From: an uncultured Bdellovibrionales bacterium
Lineage (GTDB): Bacteria; Patescibacteriota; Minisyncoccia; Moranbacterales; UBA1568
Length of the DNA stretch: 59,131 bases
Reading direction: 5' to 3'
Assembly (NCBI GenBank): GCA_964604195.1
Contig: CAZRXW010000002.1
Location: 1-59,131, forward strand
A program made the translations under genes and the position numbers. A model generated the notes under the pieces. It saw only the letters and a list, made by a program, of their open reading frames with translations. It did no database searches and was not told the DNA's origin. Shown one piece after another: positions 1-10,463 of the stretch; positions within the stretch are counted from its first letter, which is position 1, and the number at the start of each line of letters is the position of its first letter.

Positions 1-52
1 TCTTCAAATCCGCTCCTTTCAGAGTGTTACCTATGTATCTCATCTTCTTCAG
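1..52. repeat. Left arm of a perfect 52-bp inverted repeat located exactly at the two window termini
   Basis: Bases 1-52 are the exact reverse complement of 59080-59131. Identity ends at base 53/59079. How far it extends outward cannot be seen. Confidence 0.9.
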
Positions 53-64
53 TGTAGCAAACAT
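1..64 (-). CDS. 5' end of an ORF running off the left edge (MFATLKKMRYIGNTLKGADLK..., alternative ATG at 43), product unknown
   Basis: Open frame with ATGs at 64-62 and 43-41, immediately 3' of the DGR template repeat. The identical start (ATG 59089) runs off the right edge inside the other repeat arm. There is no sequence to assign a family. Confidence 0.25.
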   Translation of the reverse strand, partial: MFATLKKMRYIGNTLKGADLK

Positions 65-70
65 ACCTCT

Positions 71-104
71 GCAAAAAAGAAAAACCGCGACCTCTAGGTG
101 GCGG
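71..104 (-). terminator. Terminator-like hairpin plus T-run directly 3' of the template repeat (possibly DGR spacer RNA structure)
   Basis: Minus strand reads ccgccacct-ag-aggtcgcgg followed by tttttctttttt. The stem is 4+4 bp with one G/G mismatch. Confidence 0.35.
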
Positions 105-120
105 AAAAGACGATAGTTTC

Positions 121-246
121 GGGAGAGGAAGACCAACTGATTGTTGTCATTCCACCTATTGTCAGGCTGCGCATTGTTCGTGTTGAGCTTCAACCTGTCA
201 TCATCAGCATTGAGGTTGAACACGTTCAGGTTGCCATCGCGATCGG
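121..246 (-). repeat. DGR template repeat (TR), non-coding copy
   Basis: Aligns without gaps to 588-713 (offset 467). Of 27 mismatches in 126 bp, 25 are positions where this copy has A on the minus strand. The conceptual translation is Asn-rich (AAY codons): DGNLNVFNLNADDDRLKLNTNNAQPDNRWNDNNQLVFLSR. There is no start codon, and a TAA lies upstream in frame. Confidence 0.85.
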
Positions 247-552
247 TTGTGTATGCTCGGCCATCCGTACCACTGTCCGTCTGATTCACAATGTGTGAAA
301 AAGATTGGACTGTATTTTACTTGGGATCAAGAATCCACCAGACGAGCACACCAAGTATCTTCTTTTTTGAGAGTCTCAGTACCCTCCTCCGGAAAAAGCC
401 GTGACCGTCCGGATTCAGGGCAAGAGAATAGTCGATCAACCGTCGGTAAATCGTAACCAACCGATACCAGCTGACTAATATGAGTGTAGCGAAGAAAACA
501 AAAATTCCAAAGTGTCAAAGAATCCCAGATCCAAGATGTAAAAGCCAAAGGT

Positions 553-2544
553 TCAAAGAGACACTTGCTTGCCCGCCTCTGGCGGGCGGGAGAGGAAGAC
601 CAACTGACAGTAGCTATCCCACCAATCGCCAGGCCGCGCATAGGCCGCGTAGAGCTCCAACCCGTCAACACCAACACCGAGGCTGAACACGCGCAGGTCG
701 CCACCGCGATCGGCCACGGGTTCCATAGCTATGACTTTCCAGTCGGTTCCAGGATACTTAAGCCGAAGCTGTGGTCCGACTTCGGCAGGACAGAGCTCGA
801 GACCCGAAGATTTGGCTTTGTCGAATATTTTTCTGGTAGTGGCACCACTCGGGAAACCAAGCTCAGCGACAGTGAATTGGACCAGCTCGTACTGTTTTGA
901 TTCTTGGCTAAACTTGGTCTTGGAGAGTATGTCTTGGCCCCAGTCACCGAGGAAGATATTTTTTCTTTGCAATGCTTCCTCTGCTTTTAGAGGAGTATTG
1001 ATCTTGGGATCCGTTTCGAGGGTGTAGGTAAAAATCTTCTCTTCGGGGAACTGGGTATAGAGATGGTCGATATGAGAGAGGTGAGACTGGATGATCCGGT
1101 GTGTCTCGGGATTCCAGGGACCGACATAAGCCTTGGTATCCGCATTGACTTCACTCGGACTATGAGCGAGCTGATCAGGGCTACAGTCGAATATAGTGAG
1201 CATATCTTTCTCTGGGTTGCGACTTTTGCGAAGCTCGGCAATACGTGGGTCTTGTTCATAGCCAGACTGCCTGATTGGATGATCAATTTCGTAGAGGAAA
1301 GTGAGATCAGTTTTATCAAGGGGTTCTTGGCGTAGGTGCTTGAGGTGAATCCGTGCAAGCTCTCGCATATCAACCATTGTCCCTTGCCATTCGTCACCAC
1401 CCGGGAGAGATCGAAGTTTCTCTTCCACAACTGGGTTGATATAGTCATCCAAGTGCTGCTTAGCTTTCTCATTATTCATGATCCCCCGGACTTCGGTAAT
1501 GCCATGCTCCCCTGACTGGACGATACAGGCCCGCGGAATAACTAGATTTCCATCGGCATCCTCAGAATAGTAGACATAGATATCAGATTCTTCGAGATAT
1601 TTGGTCGCATAGCCTTCTCCTGCGATACACCACTGGGTTTGCCACTGGTTGAGGGTTTGAGTGAGATCATATGGATTACTTCCCTTGGGAAAGTGACGCC
1701 ATTTACCTTTTGTGATCGGGAGGCGCTCTTCGGGCAACTTGAGCGAACGAACATGTTCAAGTTCAAAGGCATAGAGTTTACTGAAATGAGCTGATTTCAG
1801 TAAAGCCTCAAGATTGCCCCGCTTTGAATCGTCTAGTACTTGAGCAGTGGTTTGACCCAATGCTTTCGCTTTGACCGCATCAAACACCCAGGCCAAGGCT
1901 TGCTGGTTGAGTTCAGGGAAAGAAGCAATCGTGTTCTCAGTACGTTTGTTCCAAGTTTTACGCGTTTCGTCATAATTTCCTAGTTTGAGCATTTCAGCAA
2001 AAGCCCAGTAGCGGAAAGCTGAATCAACATTTATAGCTTCTGGTCCAGTGAGATAATCGAACCATTGGTTGAGGCGAGCTGTTTGGTCATCAATCACTAT
2101 CGCTTGAACTCGCTTCCGTTCTTCATCAGGTATAGCATAAGTTGCAAAGTCTTGGCTGGTAGACTGTTCGAATTGAGAGAGGATTTCTAGTCGGAGTATC
2201 TCATCATTCAGAGCATCTCGTTCATACCCATGGCGCTCCGCGAAATTCCCGAGAAGGACGCCTTTAATATACTCATCGGTGATATTTTCAGGTTGAGTGA
2301 TGTACTGGGGATAAATGGCTTGCTTGAGAAAAAGACGTCCTCGTTCTCCAGTTGCTCGATCAGTTCTTTTGGTAATCCGTTCAATACGAGCGAGGTACTC
2401 GGGAATCCGGTCCTCAAGTTTTGGAGGAATTTTCTCTAACTTCTTTAAGCGTTTAGCCCTATGGACAGTGTCTTCGACTGCTCCACGAAATTCTGACTTG
2501 GTGCCATAGTAGGATTTAAGGAATAAGGTTTCGGGAGAAGGCAT
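553..2544 (-). CDS. DGR target protein (663 aa), variable C-terminal ~45 residues, N-terminal body of unknown family
   Basis: Long ORF whose last ~130 nt are the variable repeat. The C-terminus ...DRGGDLRVFSLGVGVDGLELYAAYARPGDWWDSYCQLVFLSR loosely resembles C-type-lectin-fold DGR variable regions (RGG...P..R....F-[RL]). Confidence 0.8.
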   Translation of the reverse strand: MPSPETLFLKSYYGTKSEFRGAVEDTVHRAKRLKKLEKIPPKLEDRIPEYLARIERITKRTDRATGERGRLFLKQAIYPQYITQPENITDEYIKGVLLGNFAERHGYERDALNDEILRLEILSQFEQSTSQDFATYAIPDEERKRVQAIVIDDQTARLNQWFDYLTGPEAINVDSAFRYWAFAEMLKLGNYDETRKTWNKRTENTIASFPELNQQALAWVFDAVKAKALGQTTAQVLDDSKRGNLEALLKSAHFSKLYAFELEHVRSLKLPEERLPITKGKWRHFPKGSNPYDLTQTLNQWQTQWCIAGEGYATKYLEESDIYVYYSEDADGNLVIPRACIVQSGEHGITEVRGIMNNEKAKQHLDDYINPVVEEKLRSLPGGDEWQGTMVDMRELARIHLKHLRQEPLDKTDLTFLYEIDHPIRQSGYEQDPRIAELRKSRNPEKDMLTIFDCSPDQLAHSPSEVNADTKAYVGPWNPETHRIIQSHLSHIDHLYTQFPEEKIFTYTLETDPKINTPLKAEEALQRKNIFLGDWGQDILSKTKFSQESKQYELVQFTVAELGFPSGATTRKIFDKAKSSGLELCPAEVGPQLRLKYPGTDWKVIAMEPVADRGGDLRVFSLGVGVDGLELYAAYARPGDWWDSYCQLVFLSRPPEAGKQVSL
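571..587 (-). promoter_or_regulatory. GC-rich hairpin immediately 3' of the variable repeat (candidate DGR target-recognition stem-loop)
   Basis: gcccgcc-tct-ggcgggc is a perfect 7-bp stem that abuts the invariant 20-bp end of VR (588-607). It is absent at the corresponding TR position. Confidence 0.55.
588..713 (-). repeat. DGR variable repeat (VR) inside the 3' end of the 663-aa gene
   Basis: Counterpart of TR 121-246. The first 20 bp (588-607, the 3' end on the coding strand) are identical to TR, like an IMH. The substitutions elsewhere fall at TR adenines. Confidence 0.85.
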
Positions 2545-2586
2545 ATATTTCTCATTTGGACTGTTTATTTTTGATTTTTAATCTCT

Positions 2587-5010
2587 TTAGGCCTGCCATT
2601 TTTCTCGGGCAGCTTGGTCGGCCAGTGGATCATCGCCATACTGGAGAGTCGCGCTTTCCTCTCCCTCAGCTGGGATCAGAACCGTACGGCGCTTGTTTTC
2701 TTCAATACTAATCACCCCTCGTTCTTCCAACAGGTCTGTGATTCGAGCCGCCTTGGGGTAACCAATTTTGAGATGGCGCTGGAGATAGGTTGTTGATACC
2801 TTTTGAGTCCGAATGACCAAGGCTTTGGCTGCATTGTAAATGGACTCATCATCATCGCCATCCAGTGGGGTATCCAAATCAATCGGGGCAGCGTCAGTCT
2901 CACTTGGAGATTTTTTTTCATTACTACCACTAATATCTTCACCAATTTCATCCCATCCTTTTTTAATTTTCTGATCTACCATGAAGTGAACTACCTTCTT
3001 CACTTCATCCTCAGATACATACACTCCTTGGATACGCTGGAGATTCGAAGCTTCTGCAGAAGAATACAGCATATCCCCCTGTCCCAAAAGTTTTTCAGCT
3101 CCACCAGTACCAAAAATCGTACGCGAATCTATCTGGGTCTTCAGTTGAAAGGAAATACGAGCTGGAATATTAGCCTTGATAAGTCCAGTGATCACATTGA
3201 CTTCTGGACGCTGCGTCGCGAGTACAAGATGGATTCCCACCGCACGTGCTTTTTGGGCCAAACGAACAATAAGACTTTCGACTTCTTTCCCATGGGCCAT
3301 CATAAGATCGGCCATTTCATCAATAACAATAACAATCTGAGGAAGTCTCTCGAGGAATTCTTCTGTTGTTGTGTTGGTATCAGAATTAAAGATCTGTTTC
3401 TTTTCGCCTCGAAGCATCTTCTCACGATACGAGAAAAGATCTCGTGACCCTACCCCTTCCAAAACCTTATATCGCCGTTCCATTTCTCCCAAAGCCCACT
3501 TAAGAGCATTGACTACTTTGTGACTATCTACAATAACATCGGTTTTGAGATGTGGAATATTACGATACAAAGATAGCTCTACTCGTTTAGGATCAACGAG
3601 TATAAGCTGCAAATCCTCCGGTGAATTCTGGTAAAGCAGGGAAAGCAGGAAAGTATTAACGCAAACACTTTTTCCAGAATTGGTAGCACCAGCAATCAAA
3701 ACATGCGGCATTTTGGCAAGATCAGCAAAAATCATCTTCCCAGAAACGTCCTGACCAAAGATCAGTGTCAAATTGGAAGCCCGACTCCGGAATTCTCTCG
3801 ACTCAAGAAAATTACGCAGCCTCACCGTAGCTTTCGTCTTATTGGGCACCTCAATACCAATCAGCGATTTCCCTGGAATCGGAGCTTCGATGCGTACTTG
3901 GTGAGCCGCTAAAGCGAGAGCGAGGTTATCATTAAGAGCTGTAATTCGAGATAGTTTAACCCCTACTGCTGGACGAAAAGTATACTGGGTAACTGTTGGC
4001 CCCTGCTGCACCTCACCTGGTTCCACTTCAATACCAAAATACTTGAGGGTACGAATGATGATATCCTGATTTTGAACAATATCCCCACCCTGGCCATTCT
4101 CTTGAGAAGCTGCCAAAAGCTCGAATGGCGGAAGCTCCCAACGCATTGAAACTCTCGGTTTTTTTGGTCGAATAAAAGCAGGGACAAGCACTGATTCATC
4201 TTCGGATGGATCCATAGAGACAGAGAGCTCTTCTCTCTTTTCATCTTCATCGTCACCGACAAAGCGAACCTTGGTAATGTTTTGCTCATCAAGAGCAGCC
4301 AGGGAATCCTTCTTATCCTCACTCATCTCTTGTCGATGCTCTTTCTCATGAGCAAAGACTTGCTCCAAAGAAAGATGGTCCGTATCCTGTTTCTCCACCG
4401 AAATTGCAACTGTTTCTGGAATACTAGAAACAATTCCATCTACCACAGAGGACTCGGGATTGTGACGAAAAAAGCGCGATCGTACACCTTGCAAAAAATG
4501 ATATAGAGACACATTAAAGGCAGCAATTACCCCTATAGCAAAAATGGCGAGTAAAACTACGGTGCTAGCTACCTTGCCCATCGCACCATTAAGCCCAGCA
4601 ACAAGCGAGTAACCCAAGAAACCTCCGCCAATACCATCAAGAGCAGCTTTTTTGAGTTCTCGGTTAGTATCTCCAAGAAAAAGATGCGAGAGACCAAGTA
4701 TTGCTATATAAGCCAAAGCGAGAGCAACATACCTTATGACATCCTGAAAAGTTGTCTCCCGATACCAAAACAGCATCACTCCAACCAAAGCAAATAGCGG
4801 TGGCAGAAGCCAACGACTCCATCCAACCGCAATCCCAAGCCATTCATCAATGGTAACCCCAAATATTCCTGCTCGATTAATGAAGCTGAGGAAAAAAATA
4901 ATAGCGAGCGTAAAAAAACAAATAGCCCATATGCCTCGCTTAGCCTCAGAACCCAAAAAGGACCCCTCTTCAGTTACACTTTTTTCCTCGTCTTTTTTCT
5001 TGCGTCCCAT
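2587..5010 (-). CDS. ftsK: DNA translocase FtsK/SpoIIIE
   Basis: N-terminal TM helices, Walker A GATNSGKS, VIVIDEMADLM, and a C-terminal winged-helix gamma-like domain. Confidence 0.95.
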   Translation of the reverse strand: MGRKKKDEEKSVTEEGSFLGSEAKRGIWAICFFTLAIIFFLSFINRAGIFGVTIDEWLGIAVGWSRWLLPPLFALVGVMLFWYRETTFQDVIRYVALALAYIAILGLSHLFLGDTNRELKKAALDGIGGGFLGYSLVAGLNGAMGKVASTVVLLAIFAIGVIAAFNVSLYHFLQGVRSRFFRHNPESSVVDGIVSSIPETVAISVEKQDTDHLSLEQVFAHEKEHRQEMSEDKKDSLAALDEQNITKVRFVGDDEDEKREELSVSMDPSEDESVLVPAFIRPKKPRVSMRWELPPFELLAASQENGQGGDIVQNQDIIIRTLKYFGIEVEPGEVQQGPTVTQYTFRPAVGVKLSRITALNDNLALALAAHQVRIEAPIPGKSLIGIEVPNKTKATVRLRNFLESREFRSRASNLTLIFGQDVSGKMIFADLAKMPHVLIAGATNSGKSVCVNTFLLSLLYQNSPEDLQLILVDPKRVELSLYRNIPHLKTDVIVDSHKVVNALKWALGEMERRYKVLEGVGSRDLFSYREKMLRGEKKQIFNSDTNTTTEEFLERLPQIVIVIDEMADLMMAHGKEVESLIVRLAQKARAVGIHLVLATQRPEVNVITGLIKANIPARISFQLKTQIDSRTIFGTGGAEKLLGQGDMLYSSAEASNLQRIQGVYVSEDEVKKVVHFMVDQKIKKGWDEIGEDISGSNEKKSPSETDAAPIDLDTPLDGDDDESIYNAAKALVIRTQKVSTTYLQRHLKIGYPKAARITDLLEERGVISIEENKRRTVLIPAEGEESATLQYGDDPLADQAAREKWQA

Positions 5011-5137
5011 AGAATTCTTAGAAGTTTTTCTTGTTATGTACTTCTGGCATTGGTGTCATATCCCCGGCCATACGGCGAGCCGCCTCTAGATCAAAGTTAT
5101 TATCCAAAGCCCACTGTATCCTCCATTGATATTTCTC

Positions 5138-5743
5138 TCACTCATTCTGAGATCCAGCCAATTTCCCTTCCAAAGTTTGAATATCCGCTTCAATGGCTCT
5201 GCGTACATCACTGCAACGTTTTTTGTAAGTTGCTAGCCCCTCCTGGGCTATCATAGCAGCCAACATTCCTTTCCAAGTATCAAGGTCTCGCTGCTTACTA
5301 TCCACACTCACCATCTGACGCGCCGCGCTATACAAAGAATCTTCAAAAGCTGCAGTATCTCCCTGCGTACGAGACAGGTCTCTCTCTAGAGCTTCAAGGA
5401 TCATCTGCATGGAATATATTTCACCCCGTTTATGCCTCTTCTCCATTAGCTCATGCTGCAGTTCCTCAAGGTTTTCATAACAGGCTACGCCCTTACCTCC
5501 GGTTTCGTTTGATACCAACACATTCTTTTGAGTAGGTAGCATCAGTGGTTGTTGTTCAATAGTACCAGACGCATCTTCTTGTTTTTTTCTTCCCTCCACC
5601 GATTGGCCAAGGCCCACTGCTCGACGCATATCAGCAAGAATTCTCTCCGTTTCAGTCGTGTACTTACTGCCCGGTACACCAAAAGAAGGGGCCAGTGGCT
5701 TTGTTGGTTTCGTTGGACTCAATATTTTTTCAAACCAAGACAT
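5138..5743 (-). CDS. Hypothetical protein (201 aa)
   Basis: ORF in operon-like spacing upstream of ftsK. No recognisable motif. Confidence 0.6.
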   Translation of the reverse strand: MSWFEKILSPTKPTKPLAPSFGVPGSKYTTETERILADMRRAVGLGQSVEGRKKQEDASGTIEQQPLMLPTQKNVLVSNETGGKGVACYENLEELQHELMEKRHKRGEIYSMQMILEALERDLSRTQGDTAAFEDSLYSAARQMVSVDSKQRDLDTWKGMLAAMIAQEGLATYKKRCSDVRRAIEADIQTLEGKLAGSQNE

Positions 5744-5819
5744 AAAAAAGGAATAGGGGCTCCCCTCCTCTATTGTACGCTGCTTTCTTTACTCAAGGCA
5801 AACCCAAAAAGATTTTGTT

Positions 5820-6044
5820 TCATTCTTCATCAGGATGAGACTCCTCCTCATCAAGGAAAGCAAGCAACTCCTCAGTCAACTGTTCAAATTCTCGAGCTGA
5901 TTCTTCCAAGGAAGAATCAGACTCTTTTTGCCTTGATTCGTTTATCAGCCTCGCCTCGAGCAAGCGCTTGTCTATGTTATCGAGCCAAATATCTGTCTCA
6001 TCTTGAGTGGGGACTACTTGGTGAATGTCTGTAGAGGTACTCAT
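5820..6044 (-). CDS. Hypothetical small acidic protein (74 aa)
   Basis: ORF tightly packed (8 nt) after the 362-aa ORF. Very acidic composition. Confidence 0.45.
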   Translation of the reverse strand: MSTSTDIHQVVPTQDETDIWLDNIDKRLLEARLINESRQKESDSSLEESAREFEQLTEELLAFLDEEESHPDEE

Positions 6045-6052
6045 AGAAATAT

Positions 6053-7141
6053 CTATTCCATACCGACTGGCCGACGCATTGGTGGCCGGAGTCGCAATGG
6101 TCGCTTTTCAACTTTTTTCTTCTTTTTCTGGCCCGTAATTGGATCGAGCGACTCATCGAGACGGGATACCCCCAACAAAGGAACTTTCTTTTTCTCAAGC
6201 ACCTTACTCATATCCTTGAGATCCCAAATCCGACCACGTGTTTTATCAAGCTTTCTTTCTAAACGCAAAATCTGATCTACTTTGAGCTGAGCCCGCATCC
6301 CTGCCAAACGCGCAGCTGCCTCCAAATCGTTTTTAACCCGCCCTCTTTTTTCGAGACGCCACTTATGAGCCGTTTCCTCATTAATTTTCTGGAGGGCCTC
6401 ATACTCTATCTGAAGCAGCTTTAGACGGTCAACCATTTCTCTTTCAGTTGTTTGTAAAATCAAAGACTCAGCCTGATTAGCAGCAAGCTTTTTATTCACT
6501 GGACTATTAACCCGATCGATCACCGCATTCGCCCTAGTCTCATGATCTCTCTGAAGATCACGAATACGTCCAAGGCGCTCTTTCTTTTCTAATGCCTTCA
6601 ACGAAAGCGAGGCATGTCGCTCTTTTTTCTTTTCTATCTCTTCACGCAAAGTAGTGAGTGCTTTATCGGAAACACCACTCCCCAGTACGCTCAATAATGT
6701 TTCTTTTTCCTTGAGGGACCTTTCAGCTTCCTCAAGTTCAATCCGGGCTTCCTCCGCTTTGATGTTTATTTTATTATGTCTCGCATCAGCCCGCATAACT
6801 GCCGAGTCAATATCTGCTGTCTCTAACCGATCTCGAAGCATCCGTACTCGATCAAAAATTCTTCCCATAGGACCAATCTGATCCAATTTTTCTATTCCAC
6901 TCTTTATCACCGAAGCCGCACCATCTCTTACCTGCTTATTCACTCCCTCAATACGAGAAGCAAGACTTGGTTCTGATGGAGAGTTGGCTGGAGAAGATAC
7001 TGGAAGAGTTTCTGTACCCGAACGTTCTGCGCCAGGAACTACTGCCAAAACCGAATCCAGCTCGACTTTAGAATCAACTTCATTTATTACCTTTCGCTGA
7101 GGAGATTCAACAACAGCTCCTTCCATAGAGTTAATATTCAT
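6053..7141 (-). CDS. Hypothetical coiled-coil protein (362 aa) with a poly-Lys/Arg tail
   Basis: Long ORF with heptad-like E/K/R/L-rich composition. No enzymatic motif. Confidence 0.65.
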   Translation of the reverse strand: MNINSMEGAVVESPQRKVINEVDSKVELDSVLAVVPGAERSGTETLPVSSPANSPSEPSLASRIEGVNKQVRDGAASVIKSGIEKLDQIGPMGRIFDRVRMLRDRLETADIDSAVMRADARHNKINIKAEEARIELEEAERSLKEKETLLSVLGSGVSDKALTTLREEIEKKKERHASLSLKALEKKERLGRIRDLQRDHETRANAVIDRVNSPVNKKLAANQAESLILQTTEREMVDRLKLLQIEYEALQKINEETAHKWRLEKRGRVKNDLEAAARLAGMRAQLKVDQILRLERKLDKTRGRIWDLKDMSKVLEKKKVPLLGVSRLDESLDPITGQKKKKKVEKRPLRLRPPMRRPVGME

Positions 7142-7230
7142 TTCTTTACCCTTCCATTATAGTCTACTTATGATTGACAAAAAACCACCCGCTAGAGATA
7201 AAGCAAGTCCTTCAATTTACTGTAGACAGA

Positions 7231-8232
7231 TTATTCACCAAACATTCGCCCAACGATGCGACGAGCAACACGATAGACTATCCAAATAAGTCCGAAGATA
7301 ATGAGGAGTATCGGTAGACCAGAGATGAGAAAGACGACAAGTCCACTCCCCAACGAAAGAAGTGCATCTACCAAAGTATTGAGAGCTGCTTTAAAGACAT
7401 TCCCTCGCTGGAATTCACCAGGGTTAGCCTGTACTTGAGGATCTTCGGTAACATTCACGCTAATAGTAGCGAGAGTTGTTTGTCCCTCTAGATACCGTAG
7501 TTGCTGCTCCAATGATTCAATCTCCGTACGCACATTGGTAAGCTGCTGAGTCACTTCAATAACGTCAGTCACTTTCGTAGCAGAACCAAGGAGATTCTCA
7601 TATGCCTTTTCCTCAGCCTGCTTATTGTTGATCCGAGCCGAGAGGTCAATATGCTGAGCGGTTATATCAGCCACTCCTGCATTTTCATTCACTACCTGAT
7701 CAGCCGTCTGCTTCATTTCTGCAAGTGCAACATCAAAACGATCAGCTGGGACTTTTACCGTAATCCAAGCTGATTTGAGCCCCCATTCTGGCTGATTTAT
7801 ATTGGCATTCTCTACAAAACCACCACCATTTTTGGCAATTTCACGAATCTTGCCTACGGTCCAATCAAGACTCTTGGTACGCAAATCAAGCGAGGCCGTG
7901 CTGGCTACTTTTCGATCAGCGCTCACCACACTACCACCACTCATTAGCATAGCAGGAGCCATCTTCATCATCGGCATAGCATCCACCGATCTCTCATCCA
8001 TTTCCAATGATTCAGGAGCTGGCGCCATCATAGGCGACATAAAACGGCCACCGCCAGCATTTGGCTGATCTATAACATGGCATCCTCCCTTCATACCCTT
8101 ACAAGAATGGGCTTGATAACCAGCCTTACCTCTTCCAAAAGAAAAAACTGATGCTACAAATAAGACAAGAGCAATCGAAGCAAGTCCGAGTATGCCAACT
8201 GCTAATGCTTTTGTTACACGTGGACTGAGCAT
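7231..8232 (-). CDS. DUF4349-like membrane-anchored protein
   Basis: N-terminal TM segment, central VKVPADRFDVALAEMK...DITAQHIDLSARINN...coiled coil...ISVNVTE pattern, and C-terminal TM helices, all typical of DUF4349. Confidence 0.6.
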   Translation of the reverse strand: MLSPRVTKALAVGILGLASIALVLFVASVFSFGRGKAGYQAHSCKGMKGGCHVIDQPNAGGGRFMSPMMAPAPESLEMDERSVDAMPMMKMAPAMLMSGGSVVSADRKVASTASLDLRTKSLDWTVGKIREIAKNGGGFVENANINQPEWGLKSAWITVKVPADRFDVALAEMKQTADQVVNENAGVADITAQHIDLSARINNKQAEEKAYENLLGSATKVTDVIEVTQQLTNVRTEIESLEQQLRYLEGQTTLATISVNVTEDPQVQANPGEFQRGNVFKAALNTLVDALLSLGSGLVVFLISGLPILLIIFGLIWIVYRVARRIVGRMFGE

Positions 8233-8244
8233 GATATTTTGAAA

Positions 8245-8282
8245 ATTAAAAAAGTAGACTCTGTATCAAAAGTCTACTCTTT
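8245..8282 (-). terminator. Rho-independent terminator of the atp operon (bidirectional shape)
   Basis: agtagact-N10-agtctact is an 8-bp stem flanked by an A-run and a T-run, located 20 nt after the atpC stop. Confidence 0.7.
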
Positions 8283-8302
8283 TTGGTCAAAAAGGCAATC
8301 GA

Positions 8303-8746
8303 TTACTCAGAAATAATCTGAGGCCCACGCCGACTAGCATGCTTTCTCGCTACTTTAATACGCACCAATTCCTTCTCCAGTGCCGCCGCTACTCGTGCAT
8401 ACTCTTCCTCACTCATATCTGCCGCCTGACTTCTGAGTTCCTCTGCCCTTTGTTTGGCTGCTTCTGCTCGCTCGATATCTATTGCCTCCGCTCGTTCAGC
8501 CGTATCAGCCAACACCGTAAGGGTATTGTGATCAAACTCTACAAAACCACCGGAAAGAGCAAAGGAGGCTTGCGTTTCATCTGCATGAATAAGAATAGCC
8601 TCACCAGCTCCAAGCGAGCCAATGTACGGCATGTGCTGAGGAAGAATCGTCACCTCTCCTTCTTCAACAGGAAGAGTAACCCGAGCCACTTCCTCCTCTA
8701 ACACCACTCCTTCTGGAGTAACGATTTTGAGAGCCAGCGTCTGCAT
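8303..8746 (-). CDS. atpC: F1 ATP synthase subunit epsilon
   Basis: Sequence similarity (IVTPEG...ILPQHMP...GGFVEF...) and position after atpD. Confidence 0.9.
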   Translation of the reverse strand: MQTLALKIVTPEGVVLEEEVARVTLPVEEGEVTILPQHMPYIGSLGAGEAILIHADETQASFALSGGFVEFDHNTLTVLADTAERAEAIDIERAEAAKQRAEELRSQAADMSEEEYARVAAALEKELVRIKVARKHASRRGPQIISE

Positions 8747-8748
8747 AC

Positions 8749-10230
<1,482 letters not shown>

Positions 10231-10235
10231 ATGTT

Positions 10236-10371
10236 CGCAATGAGCTTTCGGGCTGTGTTGCTGTGAACCCCTCCTGGGTCATCGTCGGGGAATGACTCCC
10301 CACCCCAGAAGGTCCTACGTTCACACCCCGGGCCACGTTGCATCGACATGCCGTGGCCCTCCCTCTTTTTC
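10236..10371 (+). ncRNA. Candidate ~135-nt structured sRNA, family not recognised
   Basis: It lies between the promoter above and an intrinsic terminator (gggccacg..cgtggccc plus tccctcttttt, 10330-10370). Predicted hairpins are GCAAUGAGCU-UUCG-GGCUGUGUUGC and nested GUGAAC/CUGGG/GGGGA stems. There is no plausible ORF. Confidence 0.4.
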
Positions 10372-10463
10372 TAAACAACTCACGAGACTTAATTCTCTTA
10401 AATCTCGAATTGTGGCTTAGAAAACTTGCTTCTTGTTGTTGGCTATTGGTTGTTTGTTGTTGG

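Noticed and set aside
327-704. 125-aa minus-strand ORF between the DGR target gene and TR, considered as a possible Avd
   Set aside because: It overlaps the 3' end of the 663-aa gene in another frame (including the VR). It is Cys/Trp/Ser-rich and not helical-bundle-like. The non-overlapping part of the spacer has no start codon.
10236-10371. Identity of the atp-gap RNA as SRP (4.5S), 6S or a riboswitch
   Set aside because: There is no GNAR-capped helix-8 motif or conserved SRP loop sequences. It is too short for 6S or RNase P. No downstream plus-strand gene exists for a riboswitch to control. It is left as an unclassified candidate.
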